Shown piece by piece: positions 36,223 to 45,952 of a DNA stretch of 57,483 bases (position 1 is its first letter; each line of letters opens with the position of its first letter). The notes beneath the pieces were generated by a model, which ran no database searches, was not told the DNA's origin, and worked only from the letters and a program-made list of their open reading frames with translations. This stretch comes from an uncultured Pseudomonadales bacterium (GTDB taxonomy: Bacteria; Patescibacteriota; Microgenomatia; UBA1400; MFAQ01). The DNA is taken from the NCBI GenBank assembly GCA_964513845.1, contig CAZENT010000006.1, positions 1 through 57,483 on the forward strand. The letters are read 5' to 3'. The position numbers were made by a program, and so were the translations under genes.

Positions 36223-37743
36223 TCAAAACACTCTCTCGCGATACTGCAGTGCCTCCGCCAAATGTACCGACAGAATATCAGCACTCCCCTCCAAATCAGC
36301 GATTGTTCTAGCTACTTTTAACACTCGAAAATACGCCCTGGCCGACAAATCGAACTTCTCCATCGACAGTCGCAGAATCCTTACCCCGCCCAAATCCAGA
36401 CGACAAAACTCTTTCACCTGTTTGTTTTTCATTTGAGCATTACAAAAAATCCCAGTTTTTACAAATCTTTCACTTTGGATATTTCTCGCCTTCATTACTC
36501 TTTCACGGATAGAAAATGAGCTTTCTCCTTTTTCTACAGACCCAATTATTTTTTCCGCATCAACCGACGGAACATTTATATGTAAATCAATCCTATCCAA
36601 AATTGGCCCACTTATTCTTCTTTTATACCTCTCAACATCTCTTACTGTGCATTTACACTCATGAGTTGGATGATCCAAATAGCCACAAGGGCAAGGGTTC
36701 ACCGCCGCAACCAGCTGAAACGATGCCGGATAGGTTACTCTTCCTGCCGCCCTACTTATCTCCACTTTTCCATCCTCCATTGGCTGCCTCATAGCCTCCA
36801 AAACCAGTCTAGGAAACTCTGCCATCTCGTCCAAAAACAAAACTCCCAGATGTGAAAGGCTTACCTCTCCCGGTAATGGATGACTCCCTCCGCCCACAAG
36901 GCCAGCCAAACTTGTCGAATGATGAGGAGATCGAAATGGTCTGCGACGAATTACTGCCTCCCCTGGTTGCATCAGTCCTGCCGCCGAGTAAATTCTGGTA
37001 ACTTCCATCGTTTCTTCCTCGGTTAGCATTGGCATTATGCCGGGCAAAGCTCTTGAGAGCATTGTTTTACCTGAACCTGGAGGGCCGGACATTAGAATAT
37101 TGTGTCCTCCTGCCGCCGCAATCGATAGCGCTCTCTTGGCAGTTTCTTGTCCCACAATTTCAGCCATATCAAAATCCGGGGGCGCAGCCTCAATCAAGCT
37201 CTTTATCGCAATTGTTTTCAAAGATTTGATTAGCTTTATTCCTCGTAAATGTTCCACCAAGTCTTTTAAGCCTCTCACCGGAAACACTTCCACCCCAGAA
37301 ACCACCGCCGCTTCATTAGCCGACATAATCGGCACAAATATTCGGCTCACGCCCACTCTTTTGGCAAAAATGGCCAAAAGCAAAGCGCCTTTTGTGTGAC
37401 GCAAGCTACCATCCAGGGATAGCTCACCAAAAAATATTCCCGATTCTTTCAGTTCGATATCTCCATTGGCCACCAAAATTCCAATAGCAATCGGCAAATC
37501 ATAAGCCGAGCCTTCCTTTGGCAAATCTGCTGGAGCTAAATTTACCGTAATTTTCTTTTGAGGAAAAGCAAAACCGCAATTTACCAGAGCCGTTCTCACT
37601 CGTTCTCTCGCCTCACCCACAGCTTTGTCCGGCAAACCAACGATATTGAAACCGGGGAATCCTTTTTCGGCCACATCAACCTCAACATCAACCGGAAAAC
37701 TTTCCAAACCAACACAAGCTACGCTCTTTATGCAGGCAAGCAT
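36223..37743 (-). CDS. comM: ComM/YifB Mg-chelatase-like AAA+ ATPase
   Basis: VGLPDKAVGEARERV, NLAPADLPKEG, GPPGSGKT, RPFRSPHH, LFLDE; start at ATG 37743 six nt after TGnCATACT. Confidence 0.95.
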   Translation of the reverse strand: MLACIKSVACVGLESFPVDVEVDVAEKGFPGFNIVGLPDKAVGEARERVRTALVNCGFAFPQKKITVNLAPADLPKEGSAYDLPIAIGILVANGDIELKESGIFFGELSLDGSLRHTKGALLLAIFAKRVGVSRIFVPIMSANEAAVVSGVEVFPVRGLKDLVEHLRGIKLIKSLKTIAIKSLIEAAPPDFDMAEIVGQETAKRALSIAAAGGHNILMSGPPGSGKTMLSRALPGIMPMLTEEETMEVTRIYSAAGLMQPGEAVIRRRPFRSPHHSTSLAGLVGGGSHPLPGEVSLSHLGVLFLDEMAEFPRLVLEAMRQPMEDGKVEISRAAGRVTYPASFQLVAAVNPCPCGYLDHPTHECKCTVRDVERYKRRISGPILDRIDLHINVPSVDAEKIIGSVEKGESSFSIRERVMKARNIQSERFVKTGIFCNAQMKNKQVKEFCRLDLGGVRILRLSMEKFDLSARAYFRVLKVARTIADLEGSADILSVHLAEALQYRERVF

Positions 37744-37815
37744 ACTCTCAGTATGCCACAAATCTTGCCACAAAAAACCCGCCTTATTTCTAAGACGGGT
37801 GATTTCAAAACAAAA

Positions 37816-38355
37816 TTATTTTTTAATATTATCCTTTGAAGAGCCCCCCATTTGACTCAACAGTTCATTAATTGCCCCCAAATCTACCTGCGTGAAATTT
37901 TTATCCCAAAAGCCAGGATAGGCTTTTTTCACCGTAGTCAGAATTTCGGTTCCAACCGCCAGCCAATTGACTTTGTCAAACAAAAAGGTCATCAGCTTGC
38001 CGATCTCGCCGCCATCGGGTAACGCAACCAGAACTCGATTGATCTCAGCTTTTGCTTTTTCCGTCAGTTTTTGGACATCGGGATCCGCGAGAATTGCCTG
38101 CTGGAGACCCGGTTCATTTTTTTCGAGCGGACGAACAAGAACATAACCTTCGTTGCGCTCAATGCAAATTCGAACACTATTTGAAATCATGAGCTGTCGC
38201 CCTTCACGAGCAACACCAAGCTTCTTCAGTATCGGAATCATAACCACCGGTTCATTTCCAGCGGGTAACTCCAGAACATATGGGCCGCCAAAAAAAGCAG
38301 CTACAATATATTTTCCAAACTCCAAAACCATCTTCCCTTCATACTGAGCTTTCAC
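37816..38355 (-). CDS. ORFan hypothetical protein (179 aa)
   Basis: GTG 38355 after GAGGAGG; extended -10 upstream; terminator near 37774-37800. Confidence 0.7.
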   Translation of the reverse strand: MKAQYEGKMVLEFGKYIVAAFFGGPYVLELPAGNEPVVMIPILKKLGVAREGRQLMISNSVRICIERNEGYVLVRPLEKNEPGLQQAILADPDVQKLTEKAKAEINRVLVALPDGGEIGKLMTFLFDKVNWLAVGTEILTTVKKAYPGFWDKNFTQVDLGAINELLSQMGGSSKDNIKK

Positions 38356-38432
38356 TTGAGCCTCCTCAAAAAGAATTTTATTGTACGGGCATATAATACC
38401 ACATTTTGAGCCAAAAATCACTAAATATAGGC

Positions 38433-39278
38433 CTAAGATACTTTATAAAACTTTCCCGATTTTTCCTCAACCAAACCATCCAGCTCCATCGCCAATATCT
38501 GCTCCATTAGCTTCGAAACAGGCATTTTCAAAACTCTTGTCAGCTCATCAACACTCTTTTCTCCGCTCACTAGAGCCTCAAGAATCGGATTGGAGGAAAA
38601 ATCATTTTTAAAGCTAATTCTCATCTGCCCAGCTTTCAATCCCATTTCAAACAAGATATCCTCCGCCGAAGTCACCATCACAGCCTTTCCTTTCTTAATC
38701 AAATTATTTGTTCCCTCAGCCACTCTGTTTGTCACCAAACCGGGAACCGCAAACAATAGTTTCCCAAACTGGTTTGCCAGCCGTGCCGTGATCAAACTTC
38801 CGGACCTCTCCGCGGCTTCAATTACCAATACAGCATCGGCAATTCCAGCTACCACTCGATTCCTTTGCGGAAAAGTCCACTTGTCTGCCGGGTACTCACC
38901 CTCATACTCAGACACTATCAAACTATCAAGTTCTGGTATTTGCTGGTACAGTTTTTCATCATCAGCACTTACTTTTCGATCAATTCCCCACCCCAAAACC
39001 GCAATTGTCTTTCCCCCGTTATCCAAACAAGCCTTGTGTGCCGCTTGGTCTACTCCATACATAAATCCGGACACAATAGTAACCCCCTTTTGCACTAAGC
39101 TTGGCATCCACTTCTCGATTATTTTCTTTCCATAATCCGTCATTCGCCTACTTCCCACAATCGCGAGCTTCGGCGCATCATCCAGAAGCAAATCAACATT
39201 CCCCTTGTACAAAACTCTCTCCACACTTGGCTTTATCCTTTTCAAATTCTCACTCCACCTTTTCTTTGGCAGGTTCAT
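38433..39278 (-). CDS. dprA: DNA-processing protein DprA
   Basis: LAIVGSRRMT, IVSGFMYGVDQAAH, FPQRNRVVAG, EAAERSGSLITA, C-terminal wHTH. Confidence 0.96.
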   Translation of the reverse strand: MNLPKKRWSENLKRIKPSVERVLYKGNVDLLLDDAPKLAIVGSRRMTDYGKKIIEKWMPSLVQKGVTIVSGFMYGVDQAAHKACLDNGGKTIAVLGWGIDRKVSADDEKLYQQIPELDSLIVSEYEGEYPADKWTFPQRNRVVAGIADAVLVIEAAERSGSLITARLANQFGKLLFAVPGLVTNRVAEGTNNLIKKGKAVMVTSAEDILFEMGLKAGQMRISFKNDFSSNPILEALVSGEKSVDELTRVLKMPVSKLMEQILAMELDGLVEEKSGKFYKVS

Positions 39279-39334
39279 AATTCATTTTACTGTTGTTTCT
39301 ATAAACAAAAAAGCCCGCATTCCACTCAAACACC

Positions 39335-39591
39335 ATGTCGAAGTTAAATATTTCTCTTTCCGTTTGGCATTTAGTTCTTTTGACAATGAGTTGCATGTCC
39401 TAAATATAAAAACAATATTTTCCTTAAATTCCCCGCAGTACTTCGTCCTTATGAGGAAGTTACGCAAAGCCAAAAAAGCCTGGTCTTTTTGTAATCAAAA
39501 AGTTTTTGGCTGTGTAATAGGCTGCGATTTGCGCAGGCAAATCGACATGGCCGGTCCTCAGAAGGATAAGTACGAGAGGAATTAGGAAAAT
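39335..39591 (+). repeat. Structured repeat E3 (near-duplicate of E5, 55646-55904)
   Basis: Long imperfect terminal stem TTTCCT/AGGAAA, AATTCC/GGAATT, GTACTT/AAGTAC, TGAGGA/TCCTCA. Confidence 0.85.
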
Positions 39592-39695
39592 CACCCAAGC
39601 GGCAGGTCTAGTAATGGGGGAAATGAAAAATCAAGCACTAAGAAATATATAGAAAAATACGGAAAAAATAATTAAAATGGAATATACTATAAATA

Positions 39696-40202
39696 GTGAT
39701 TATCGAGTTCCAAAACACCATCGAACCCAAAAACCATTCCGCCATGGCGATGGCTATTGTGATCACCGCTTGTGCCCTCTTTTTTATCCCTACAACTCTT
39801 ATTGTCCTAGGCTATTACTCTTCCCAGCCGACAGGCACTCTCATTTCTCCACTTCCCCAAGGAGTGCTTAGTGAAACTCCAGCCGTAACTCCCGCAATAG
39901 TTCCCGAAAACCAGCCCATTATCGCCGCCGACAACACTGCCACGACAGCCGCCGACACCGAGGTTGCTCCTGTTTCCGGCAGTAACATCGTCGACAAAGT
40001 CGCCACAATTGATCCAGAAAAAACCGAGGTTGTTGTAAAAGACAAGGAAGTATCCGAATCCTCTCAGATTTATCTCTCACCTCGTCCCGGAGACAAAGCT
40101 GTTTATTCCTTAAAATCCAAAGCTGCTGGCGAGTTTACTATCGCGGTTGCCGAAGCAAGTGATACCCTTCGTTATATTGACTACTCCATCGTAAATCCCT
40201 AG
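39696..40202 (+). CDS. Single-TM hypothetical protein with small beta-rich C-terminal domain
   Basis: 168-aa ORF, TM near residues 19-39, P/A/T linker. Confidence 0.7.
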   Translation: MIIEFQNTIEPKNHSAMAMAIVITACALFFIPTTLIVLGYYSSQPTGTLISPLPQGVLSETPAVTPAIVPENQPIIAADNTATTAADTEVAPVSGSNIVDKVATIDPEKTEVVVKDKEVSESSQIYLSPRPGDKAVYSLKSKAAGEFTIAVAEASDTLRYIDYSIVNP

Positions 40203-40211
40203 AATGTCCAT

Positions 40212-42176
40212 ATGCAACAAGCGCTAGACAAAATCTCCACCAAAATTTTGAGAGTGATTCCTTTTGTTTTGAGCTTTTTTGTTCCACTTTTATTTCTTCC
40301 CATTACCGCCGATTACTTCGCTTTTAACAAATATTATTTTATTGCCGTCATCGGTTCAATTTCCCTAATTGCCTGGTGTGTCCGAAACATCACTCGTGGC
40401 AAGCTTCACTTCACCACCTCGCCCGCCCTTTTACCCCTCATTCTTCTTGTGCTTGCCAATATCATCTCTTCTGTCTTCATCAGTCCAACTCAACATGTTA
40501 GTCTTTTTGGCCAAACTTCTCTCTTTTTCTTCCTCGCTATCATTTTCATTACCGTTACTTCTTCACAAAAAAATCGCTTTACCATCAACTCCAGTATTTA
40601 CGGACTGATTTCAGCTGCATCCATCCTGAGTATTTTTACTGTTCTTCATCATTTTGGGATGATCACCAAGCTTACTTCTTCCGAAATTTTTACCAATCGC
40701 TATTTTAATCCTACCGGCAGTATTCTCCCGGCTATTACTTTCACCATTCCCGTCCTAATCGCCACCACAGTCTTTACCACAGGCATCAAAAACTGGACGT
40801 TAAAATCAGTTCTTTTTGCTTCAGTCTTACTCATGATTGTTGGCACTATTATCAACATTAGCCTCATTCTTCCTCAAAATGGTCAGCCTTTGGTTTCCAT
40901 TCTCCCTCTAAATGCTGGCTGGTACATCGCCATTGATACCCTCAAAACCTGGCAAACAGCCCTTTTTGGCACCGGACCGGAAACATTTTTTACCGCTTTT
41001 ACCCGCCTTCGCCCTGCATTCCTAAATTTAAACAAATATCTTTGGAACATCCGTTTCTCGGAGTCCAGCAACTACATTTTTTCTCTCCTCACCACCACGG
41101 GCATTATTGGATCACTAACTTTTTTACTCGCTTTTCTCAGACCACTAACCGTCTCTCTTAAAAACAGACACAGTGTCGAAGAAAAAAATGCTTTCAACTT
41201 TCTCGTTTTCGCTCTTATCTCGGTCATTATCACTTTCTTCGTCGTTCCGACCGGTATCGTCTCATTAACCTTGGGTTTCGTGCTTCTAATTGGCTTGACC
41301 ATCGAACAAAAACTCCAAAGCCAAAAATCCGTCAAGGATATTACTTATAGTCTTTCGGCTGATACTCTTGCTTCTCCAGCCTACCATGATCTTCCGGAAA
41401 CCCTTAAATCGTCTGCCGTTTCCTCTTTTCTTCCCTGGTTAACAGCTTTCATCGCCGTAGCAATTCTTTCGTCATACTGGTTCTTCGCCGGTAAGATGTA
41501 TCTTGCTTCTGTTTCCTTCAAACAAGCAGTCGAAACCATTCAAGCAGATCCGTATAGCTCTTACCTCAAGTTCCAGAAATCGGCACAGCAGGATATCTAC
41601 AATCCTTATTATCCCCAAAAGCTTTCTCAGATCTACCTCTCAATCTCCAGTGCCTATCTTTCCAAAGAAAATGCCACCGAGGAAGAGAAAAAGAGTGGTG
41701 CTGAGTTTGCCCAACGCGCCATCGATGCCGGCAAAATTTCCGCCAAGCTCGATCCTTTCAATGTCACCGTTTGGGAAAACCTCTTCAACGTCTATCGCAC
41801 TCTTATCCCTTACTCTCAAGGATCAGCCGATATGGCTATCTCACACGCCCTTCAGGCTGCCTCGGTCGACCCCACCAATCCCGCCATTTATCTTCAGCTG
41901 GGCACCTTAATCTACAATCTCGGCGACGCGGATCAAGCTATCAAATTTATCGATCGTTCCAGTGAGCTTAAACAAGACTGGGATCTTCCTTACTTCAATC
42001 TTTCCAGTATCTACAAGGCCAAAAAAGACTACGCCAAGGCTCTACAGTATGCCAAAGCCGGTCTTCAATACACTGACCCCAAAGGAGACAATATCTCTGT
42101 AGTTCAAGAGGAAATAAAAGAGCTAGAAAAGCTCGTTCCCGCTCCTTCCGCCACTCCATCAGCCACGACAAAATAG
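40212..42176 (+). CDS. Polytopic membrane protein, O-antigen-ligase-like, with C-terminal TPR repeats
   Basis: About 12 TMs, ALFGTGPETF motif, TPR-like C-terminus. Confidence 0.8.
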   Translation: MQQALDKISTKILRVIPFVLSFFVPLLFLPITADYFAFNKYYFIAVIGSISLIAWCVRNITRGKLHFTTSPALLPLILLVLANIISSVFISPTQHVSLFGQTSLFFFLAIIFITVTSSQKNRFTINSSIYGLISAASILSIFTVLHHFGMITKLTSSEIFTNRYFNPTGSILPAITFTIPVLIATTVFTTGIKNWTLKSVLFASVLLMIVGTIINISLILPQNGQPLVSILPLNAGWYIAIDTLKTWQTALFGTGPETFFTAFTRLRPAFLNLNKYLWNIRFSESSNYIFSLLTTTGIIGSLTFLLAFLRPLTVSLKNRHSVEEKNAFNFLVFALISVIITFFVVPTGIVSLTLGFVLLIGLTIEQKLQSQKSVKDITYSLSADTLASPAYHDLPETLKSSAVSSFLPWLTAFIAVAILSSYWFFAGKMYLASVSFKQAVETIQADPYSSYLKFQKSAQQDIYNPYYPQKLSQIYLSISSAYLSKENATEEEKKSGAEFAQRAIDAGKISAKLDPFNVTVWENLFNVYRTLIPYSQGSADMAISHALQAASVDPTNPAIYLQLGTLIYNLGDADQAIKFIDRSSELKQDWDLPYFNLSSIYKAKKDYAKALQYAKAGLQYTDPKGDNISVVQEEIKELEKLVPAPSATPSATTK

Positions 42177-42194
42177 AAACTAAAATTAGCTATA

Positions 42195-42225
42195 AAAATA
42201 CCCCGCACAGGCGGGGTATTTTTTT
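42195..42225. terminator. Bidirectional terminator between the TPR gene and tRNA-Ala
   Basis: AAAAATACCCCGC-ACAG-GCGGGGTATTTTTTT. Confidence 0.8.
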
Positions 42226-42230
42226 ATTTG

Positions 42231-42301
42231 TGGACCTGGAGGGAATTGAACCCTCTTCTCGCCCATGCCATGGGCACATTCTACCGGTGAACTACAGGCC
42301 C
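42231..42301 (-). tRNA. tRNA-Ala(GGC)
   Basis: GGGCCTG/CAGGTCC acceptor with G3:U70; loop AT-GGC-AT. Confidence 0.92.
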
Positions 42302-42399
42302 TCGAAGTTATAAAAAATCTTCAACAAAGCTGATTATAAATCATACTAGCCAGAGATTCCAGCTCCGAATGATCATATTATTGCTAAAATATATCTACT

Positions 42400-42470
42400 G
42401 GGCTTATAGGTAAGTGGTATACCGCTTCATTCGCATTGAAGAGTCGCCGGTTCGATTCCGGCTAAGTCCA
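42400..42470 (+). tRNA. tRNA-Ala(CGC)
   Basis: GGGCTTA/TAAGTCC acceptor with G3:U70; loop TT-CGC-AT; TTCGATT T-loop. Confidence 0.92.
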
Positions 42471-42556
42471 CATTTCTTGTGATATACTATAGGCAAACTT
42501 AACCGGCTACTCAAAGTGCCGAGCACATTCCCAAAAAAAAAGGAAGGAATCGATCA

Positions 42557-43153
42557 ATGATTGTTTACGAACCTCCGATTGGTATCCACATATCTTCTGC
42601 TGCGATTGAAATGGTTCAACTTGCAAACAAACATCAGACCAAAGTCACGGCCGTGTTTAACGGAATTGAGTTAAGCACAGACCCCGATTTCGACGTATTA
42701 AGAGCTGCGCAAGAAATTGTTGAGGATTATAAGCTCAAAAACAAGCTTCGAATTGAAGAATACGACAACTCTCCAGAGGGAAAAGCGAAAATTATCGAAT
42801 TAGAGATTCAAAAACAACAAAACCAAAAAACAGTCAATGCAGCGGTCGCAGAACTGGAGACTCTCGACTTTTCCGATATTGCTGCCGTAGTCGACTGGTT
42901 CGACAAAGTCACCGATCCGATGGATTTTCGTGGGGTGAAAGTCCCCTCCGCAAAAATTGTCCGCATCTTTAAAATAAATGGCTATCTTCCGTGTGTAAAT
43001 ACCGGAAATAATTATAACGACGAAGATAAAGAAAACTTCGCCCGTTACATCATTGGGCAAGCACTTCTCGGCCTGAAATCCCCCATTGGGCGAATTCATC
43101 CAGTTTTCAAAAGTTTCGCCAAGAAATGGCGGGAAAAATTTATTCCCAACTAA
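42557..43153 (+). CDS. ORFan hypothetical protein (198 aa)
   Basis: SD AAGGAAGGA, extended -10 upstream, terminator 43160-43187. Confidence 0.75.
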   Translation: MIVYEPPIGIHISSAAIEMVQLANKHQTKVTAVFNGIELSTDPDFDVLRAAQEIVEDYKLKNKLRIEEYDNSPEGKAKIIELEIQKQQNQKTVNAAVAELETLDFSDIAAVVDWFDKVTDPMDFRGVKVPSAKIVRIFKINGYLPCVNTGNNYNDEDKENFARYIIGQALLGLKSPIGRIHPVFKSFAKKWREKFIPN

Positions 43154-43203
43154 CCTACAAAGCCCTCCACCAGGAGGGCTTTTTTTGTATAATAATCGCT
43201 ATC

Positions 43204-43383
43204 ATGCCCGACAAAATTCAAATCTGCCAAAACTGTAAAAATCCTTTCGTCTATTCCGAATACGAACAGGTTCAAAATGCCAAACAAAACAAACCGGAAC
43301 CTCTCTACTGTCCCATCTGTAGCAGCCTCAAATCTCAAGAACAGAAACGGCCAAAGAAACCAAGTACCCCGACAATGGTATAA
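43204..43383 (+). CDS. Small zinc-ribbon protein (zf-trcl-like)
   Basis: MPDKIQICQNCKNPFVYSEYEQ...PEPLYCPIC. Confidence 0.75.
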   Translation: MPDKIQICQNCKNPFVYSEYEQVQNAKQNKPEPLYCPICSSLKSQEQKRPKKPSTPTMV

Positions 43384-43415
43384 TTTCTAAAAATATACGC
43401 ACCGAGGAGGGTTCT

Positions 43416-43706
43416 TTGAAAGATAACGATTTGGTTTCCATTTGCTTTACATACAATAAAGCGAAATACATTGCCATGGTGTTCAAACACTCGCCAACTG
43501 CAATTGTTCTTCCAGACGGAACAATACTAAAAACAACCTGTATTGTTCTTACAAACACCAAGGGCCGAAATGCCGACAAGAAACACACACGAAGCATCTT
43601 CGACGGTGAAGGCAATCTACTAGAACTCCAGCTATATCACCGACCCGGAAACTCAACCTTACCTACTTACTGCAGATTTCCACTCGTCTTTGCAAATTAC
43701 GCTTAG
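43416..43706 (+). CDS. ORFan hypothetical protein (96 aa)
   Basis: TTG start after GAGGAGG. Confidence 0.5.
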   Translation: MKDNDLVSICFTYNKAKYIAMVFKHSPTAIVLPDGTILKTTCIVLTNTKGRNADKKHTRSIFDGEGNLLELQLYHRPGNSTLPTYCRFPLVFANYA

Positions 43707-43750
43707 TGTCCCAAACATAAATCCTCGCCTTACCGCGAGGATTTTTTTCA

Positions 43751-45952
43751 CTACTCGTAACGCAAGGCGTCCAATGCAGAAATCTTTGTCGCTCTTCTGG
43801 CCGGATATATTCCCGTAGAAACTCCAACGACAAATGACAATACTAAGATAAAGACTACAAAAGGAACCGGAATATAGCTCACACTTACCCACCCGATTCC
43901 GTTTGCCAATGAAAACACTGATAGAGTCAATCCAATGATCTGTCCAACCAAGTATCCAATAGTCACCCCAAGAACTCCACCCAGAATACCCATTACCATT
44001 GCTTCGGCAATAAATAACTCTTTTACTTCTGAGGACAACATTCCCATGGCCTTCATCACACCCACCTCGTGAGTTCTTTCCATCAAAGAAACTGTCATTG
44101 TATTAAACATGCCCAAACTAGCAACAGCCAAGGCCACAAAACCAAAGGACGCCAAGATCAATCTAACAGTGACAAACATTTTATCAATCTGGGCCACTGT
44201 ATCGGCCACAGATGACGTCTGATATCCATATCCGTCCACTTGCAAGCGCACCTTTGATAAGTCGTCATTTTTCTTCACTACAAGTTTTGCTTGAGAAAAA
44301 TTATCAACCCCCATGCCAATGACATCACCCAAGGGAATATACATCATTGGACTATTTCCACCCTCAAACACTCCACCAATTTTATACTCAGCCGACTCCG
44401 ACCGAACTGATTTTTCCAGATCACTCTTAATTGCCTTAGAAATCAATAAACTAACCTTAAATACTTCGCCAATCGCCTTGCTCGAATCAATTCCCGTAGC
44501 TTCTAAAAAAGCTTTATTCACAATCGCCACTTTCTGTGCTGTCGAAGCAAAAGGGATTGCCACATCAACTGCCGTTTCCGCGTTATCTCCCTCAATTTCT
44601 ACCCATTCCAGTCCGGCATTATCTACCCCAACCACCTTGGCACTAATCGAAGCAATCAAATCTTCCGCAGTTGCCGCCAATACCTCCTCGTCTTTTACCT
44701 CCGCGATTGTTCCACTTTCAGTTGAGTTTCCCAAAACACTTCCACTCACTCGAAATTTTTCCTCACCAGAAAGAGATACATAATCAGTTAATTCGGCTAC
44801 ATATCCTTCTCTCCAGTCCGGAAGATTGTCGTCAACCATCGCCACATAATCATCCCCCTTCTTTTCATATAGCAAGAAAGGAGCCTTCACCCATTTGCCC
44901 ATATACTCTCCCGCCTTATTTCTCGCCGCCTTACCTTCTGGACCCTTACTGGCAAAAGTACCGCCCCAGTACTCCTCTCCATCATAGCCCCCCTCATATC
45001 TTTTGATATACCCAAGAATTTTTCCTTCAATACTCGGCTCTTCACGAACTTTAAGCCACTCCCCTTCCAAAATATTAATATTAACCTTACGAATCATGGT
45101 TCCTTTTTCTGTTTCCACAAACTTCCAGTCGGTTGATGCTCCGGCTACTTTGGGTTTTACAGTCGAAGCATCCCCAACTTTATAATCCGCATTTGCGAAT
45201 ATTTCACCCTTTTCTATACTCAGATTGGCTGCTTTTAGGTAGTCGCTGGTTACGGCATAAGAAACCACCTCGCTTGTTGAACCTTTGTAATCCACACTAC
45301 CCACAAGAGATACAACAGGAAGAACCTTATCAACATTCTCGATCTTACTGATTGTGTTGATTGCTTCATCGTTTAATCTTAAAAGGCTTGACTTGCCCAA
45401 AAGAATATCGGCCATTTTCAAATCATTTAGCTTGGCCACTCTTCCGACCACCAATCTTTGAACTCCATATCCCAAAGAAACTAAAAACACGATTGCCCCA
45501 ATTCCCAGAGCCACTCCTCCAACCGTCACCACAGATCTCATTTTTTTTACTCTCATGTTTCGAAAAGCCAAACCAATAAGAAATGTTCTTTTTACCCCAT
45601 CTTTTGACTCAAGCACTTCAACTATTTTTTCGGTTATCTCTCCCCATTTTGTCTCCCAAAATTTTGTTTTTCCGGATAGAATGTGTCGAAAATTTATAAT
45701 CGAAAACACAAATCGAAACAAAGACTCTAATAAAAATATTAGAACCAAACCTAAAAAACTAAGCAGCGACATGAGTACCTTCCCGTCCTTTTGTAGGGAA
45801 ACAACCGTGTTCTTTGAAAAAAATCTTTTTATTCCAGTTTTCCAGTCATATTTCAGCAGGCGTTTGTACCAAGGCTCTTTCTTTTTTTCCAAGCTTGCAT
45901 TTACAACTTGAGTACTTCTTCTTGCTTCTGGTTCGATTAGTGTCTGAATCAT
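43751..45952 (-). CDS. MacB/FtsX-family ABC transporter permease with large extracytoplasmic insert
   Basis: RSVVTVGGVALGIGAIV; C-terminal ERTHEVGVMKAMG and YPARRATKISALDALRYE. Confidence 0.92.
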   Translation of the reverse strand: MIQTLIEPEARRSTQVVNASLEKKKEPWYKRLLKYDWKTGIKRFFSKNTVVSLQKDGKVLMSLLSFLGLVLIFLLESLFRFVFSIINFRHILSGKTKFWETKWGEITEKIVEVLESKDGVKRTFLIGLAFRNMRVKKMRSVVTVGGVALGIGAIVFLVSLGYGVQRLVVGRVAKLNDLKMADILLGKSSLLRLNDEAINTISKIENVDKVLPVVSLVGSVDYKGSTSEVVSYAVTSDYLKAANLSIEKGEIFANADYKVGDASTVKPKVAGASTDWKFVETEKGTMIRKVNINILEGEWLKVREEPSIEGKILGYIKRYEGGYDGEEYWGGTFASKGPEGKAARNKAGEYMGKWVKAPFLLYEKKGDDYVAMVDDNLPDWREGYVAELTDYVSLSGEEKFRVSGSVLGNSTESGTIAEVKDEEVLAATAEDLIASISAKVVGVDNAGLEWVEIEGDNAETAVDVAIPFASTAQKVAIVNKAFLEATGIDSSKAIGEVFKVSLLISKAIKSDLEKSVRSESAEYKIGGVFEGGNSPMMYIPLGDVIGMGVDNFSQAKLVVKKNDDLSKVRLQVDGYGYQTSSVADTVAQIDKMFVTVRLILASFGFVALAVASLGMFNTMTVSLMERTHEVGVMKAMGMLSSEVKELFIAEAMVMGILGGVLGVTIGYLVGQIIGLTLSVFSLANGIGWVSVSYIPVPFVVFILVLSFVVGVSTGIYPARRATKISALDALRYE

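Noticed and set aside
39433-39525. c-di-GMP-I riboswitch (ACGCAAAGCC decamer in E repeats)
   Set aside because: The GNRA-capped P1 and the tetraloop receptor are not evident, and several copies are antisense to both neighbours; an Infernal run is needed to exclude it formally
42231-42301. Abnormal anticodon loop (A32-U38) in tRNA-Ala(GGC)
   Set aside because: A32-U38 is an established conserved feature of tRNA-Ala(GGC), not an anomaly
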